From the NCBI GenBank assembly GCA_016839785.1, contig JAEOTQ010000150.1, forward strand, positions 1 through 17,864: a stretch of 17,864 nt of DNA. The letters run 5' to 3'. Each line of letters opens with the position of its first letter. Position 1 is the first letter of the stretch. Of the stretch, positions 16,188 through 17,864 are shown piece after piece. Origin of the DNA: Candidatus Hodarchaeota archaeon (GTDB taxonomy: Archaea; Asgardarchaeota; Heimdallarchaeia; Hodarchaeales; Hodarchaeaceae). The position numbers were made by a program, and so were the translations under genes. Below the pieces are notes generated by a model. The model did no database searches, was not told the DNA's origin, and saw only the letters and a list, made by a program, of their open reading frames with translations.

Positions 16188-17048
16188 ATTAAGATTCTAG
16201 TCGGCATTCCGTTACACAATGAACAAGCATATCTCCAAGAATGTCTAGTCTCTCTTTATGAGTATCTGAACTCAGAGTGTCAAAATTACGATATAGAGGT
16301 TCTCATCGCTGATGATGGAAGCACTGATCAATCCCGTGAAATTTACGAAGAATTGTCCTTAAGTTATCAACTAAAAACTGTCCGTCATGAACTCGGACCC
16401 TTAGGATATGGAAATACAATCCTCACGTTATTTAGGGAAGCAAAAAATGGGTATGACATATTAATTACCTTTGATGCTGATTTGCAACACGCACCATTCA
16501 CTATCAAAGAGATTATTGATGAGATGGTAACAAATCCAGAACTTGATCTAATCTCAACAAGTAGATATTTGACATACAGATTTTGGAAAGACAATACAAA
16601 AGTTCCTGTTGATAGATATGTTACAAACATGTTCCTCACCAAAACAATCAACGAATTATTTGATATTCAAATAACTGACGCCTTTTGCGGATTAAAGGGT
16701 TATAGAGTACGAATTCTTCCTACTGAAATAGATCACGCTGGTTATTCATTTCCACTGGTATTTTGGCATTATACTCATCAAAATGGAATCGGAGTGAAGG
16801 AGGTTGAAACACCTATTATTTATCGGATTGATAGAAGATCCAGGGGGGAATGGAAAACGAGAACTAACGATTATTTTCAAAAGCTTGAGTCATTAACCAG
16901 AACAGAGACTCAGAAAAGTTTGATAAAGAAATTTCAAAACCAAACCATAGTACAGATCACAGAGATTATTGATCACTATACAGATTTTCCTATCTACACT
17001 TATTCTGACTTCTTTAAGATAAAATGGTTTGACCAAGGATCTAAATAA
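16188..17048 (+). CDS. Family 2 glycosyltransferase (dolichol-phosphate mannosyltransferase-like), 286 aa, probable ATT start
   Basis: The frame upstream of the tracked start (16353) encodes (M)KILVGIPLHNE...VLIADDGSTD; downstream motifs are TFDADLQH and TDAFCGLKGY. AGGAGG at 16175-16180. Confidence 0.88.
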   Translation: MKILVGIPLHNEQAYLQECLVSLYEYLNSECQNYDIEVLIADDGSTDQSREIYEELSLSYQLKTVRHELGPLGYGNTILTLFREAKNGYDILITFDADLQHAPFTIKEIIDEMVTNPELDLISTSRYLTYRFWKDNTKVPVDRYVTNMFLTKTINELFDIQITDAFCGLKGYRVRILPTEIDHAGYSFPLVFWHYTHQNGIGVKEVETPIIYRIDRRSRGEWKTRTNDYFQKLESLTRTETQKSLIKKFQNQTIVQITEIIDHYTDFPIYTYSDFFKIKWFDQGSK

Positions 17049-17063
17049 GAAATAGTAAATTGA

Positions 17064-17168
17064 AGCTGCTGGTGGGACTTGAACCCACGGCCAACAGATA
17101 TCTCGGAGATATTATAGTTTATAGAACATCTTACGAGTCTGTCGCTCTACCAACTAAGCCACAGCAGC
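17064..17168 (-). tRNA. tRNA-Thr(CGU) with a 32-nt intron at position 37/38; CCA not encoded
   Basis: Acceptor stem GCTGCTG/CAGCAGC plus discriminator T; D arm GCTTAGTTGGTAGAGC; anticodon stem ACAGA/TCTGT with CGT at 17135-17133; T arm GTGGG-TTCAAGT-CCCAC. Mature length 73 nt. Confidence 0.96.
17100..17131 (-). other. tRNA intron with bulge-helix-bulge splice motif
   Basis: Exon CTCG pairs with intron CGAG (4-bp helix), flanked by 3-nt bulges TA^A and AT^A. Confidence 0.9.
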
Positions 17169-17565
17169 TTTTTAAACAAGTTTGAGTCGTACTATTGATA
17201 ATTAAATTCGATTCTGACAATTTCATCCATTCTTAATAAATAATCATTCAAATCTAAGGGCAAATATAGGTGGATTGAATTCTCTGGAGATTTGTTTAAA
17301 TTACAAAATGAGAATAGATAACCGTAAGATCTGTCTCTCAGATAGAAGATTGGATTAACCCCTTTAGTTTCTATGAATAATCCTCAGATGTCCACATTTG
17401 ACTTTTAACTTACGCATTATTTATGTGATGGAAAAGAATTAGAGAAATTCAGAATGTAGCAATGATTTGAGAGAGAGATCAATCCTCTTCAATAATACGA
17501 ATTGGTTTTCGTGCTCTGGGGATCATTTCGACACTTCTTAATTGATTTAGCAAATTTGTCAGTTA

Positions 17566-17576
17566 GAAAGTTATAT
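17566..17576 (+). promoter_or_regulatory. Putative BRE/TATA promoter for rpl14e
   Basis: GAAAG-TTATAT about 135 nt upstream of the ATG at 17710. Confidence 0.4.
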
Positions 17577-17709
17577 GAATTATACTTAAAAAAGGCCATA
17601 CTTGAATTTAGGCAGAATTTAAGGCACCCTTCCGTTCATGCAAAGATTTGTGTACATTTTCTGCTTTTATCTCAAGAGATGCGTATTCTAACTAAAGGAA
17701 TGAATATAG

Positions 17710-17864
17710 ATGGCTGCGATTGAAGTTGGTAGAGTTATTGTAAAGACCGCCGGACGCGAGGCGCTAATGAAAGCAGTGATCGTTGATTTAGTTGATCAAA
17801 ACTTTGTTTTGATTTCCGGTGGTGGTGTATCCGCTGTTAAACGACGTCGCTGTAATATTAAGCA
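17710..17864 (+). CDS. rpl14e: 50S ribosomal protein L14e, 3' truncated by the window edge; absent from the ORF track
   Basis: Translates to MAAIEVGRVIVKTAGREALMKAVIVDLVDQNFVLISGGGVSAVKRRRCNIK..., the archaeal L14e KOW-type N-terminus. Confidence 0.96.
   Translation, partial: MAAIEVGRVIVKTAGREALMKAVIVDLVDQNFVLISGGGVSAVKRRRCNIK

Noticed and set aside
16385-16651. Minus-strand 88-aa ORF
   Set aside because: Antisense shadow of the GT2 gene.
17502-17723. 73-aa plus-strand ORF from the track
   Set aside because: TTG start, no motifs, overlaps the rpl14e start out of frame and covers its likely promoter.

Overview
AT-rich archaeal chromosomal segment with no mobile element or CRISPR array. An Asgard archaeon, possibly Heimdallarchaeia-like, is inferred from the archaeal L14e, L41e and bulge-helix-bulge tRNA intron together with a membrane-anchored RING protein; this is not proven. 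Gene order: 5'-truncated beta-CASP nuclease and JAB/MPN protease (+); AmmeMemoRadiSam radical SAM enzyme and two abutting coiled-coil/winged-helix paralogs (-); a divergent putative heat-shock operon hsp20-cdc48-PAC2-Phr-like regulator-tmcA (+) preceded by a Phr-box-like dyad and a 16-bp direct repeat; a small hypothetical gene; a TM/alpha-solenoid/RING protein; CDP-alcohol phosphatidyltransferase; a stand-alone asparagine synthase domain; a trxA-rpl41e-rnz run (-); a GT2 glycosyltransferase that apparently starts at ATT; intron-containing tRNA-Thr(CGU); and the start of rpl14e. The ORF track misses rpl41e, rpl14e and the GT2 N-terminus. The best candidates for undescribed biology are the coiled-coil/winged-helix pair, the Phr-type operon that includes the RNA acetyltransferase, and the membrane-anchored solenoid-RING protein. 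All family calls come from motif recognition by eye; no searches were run.
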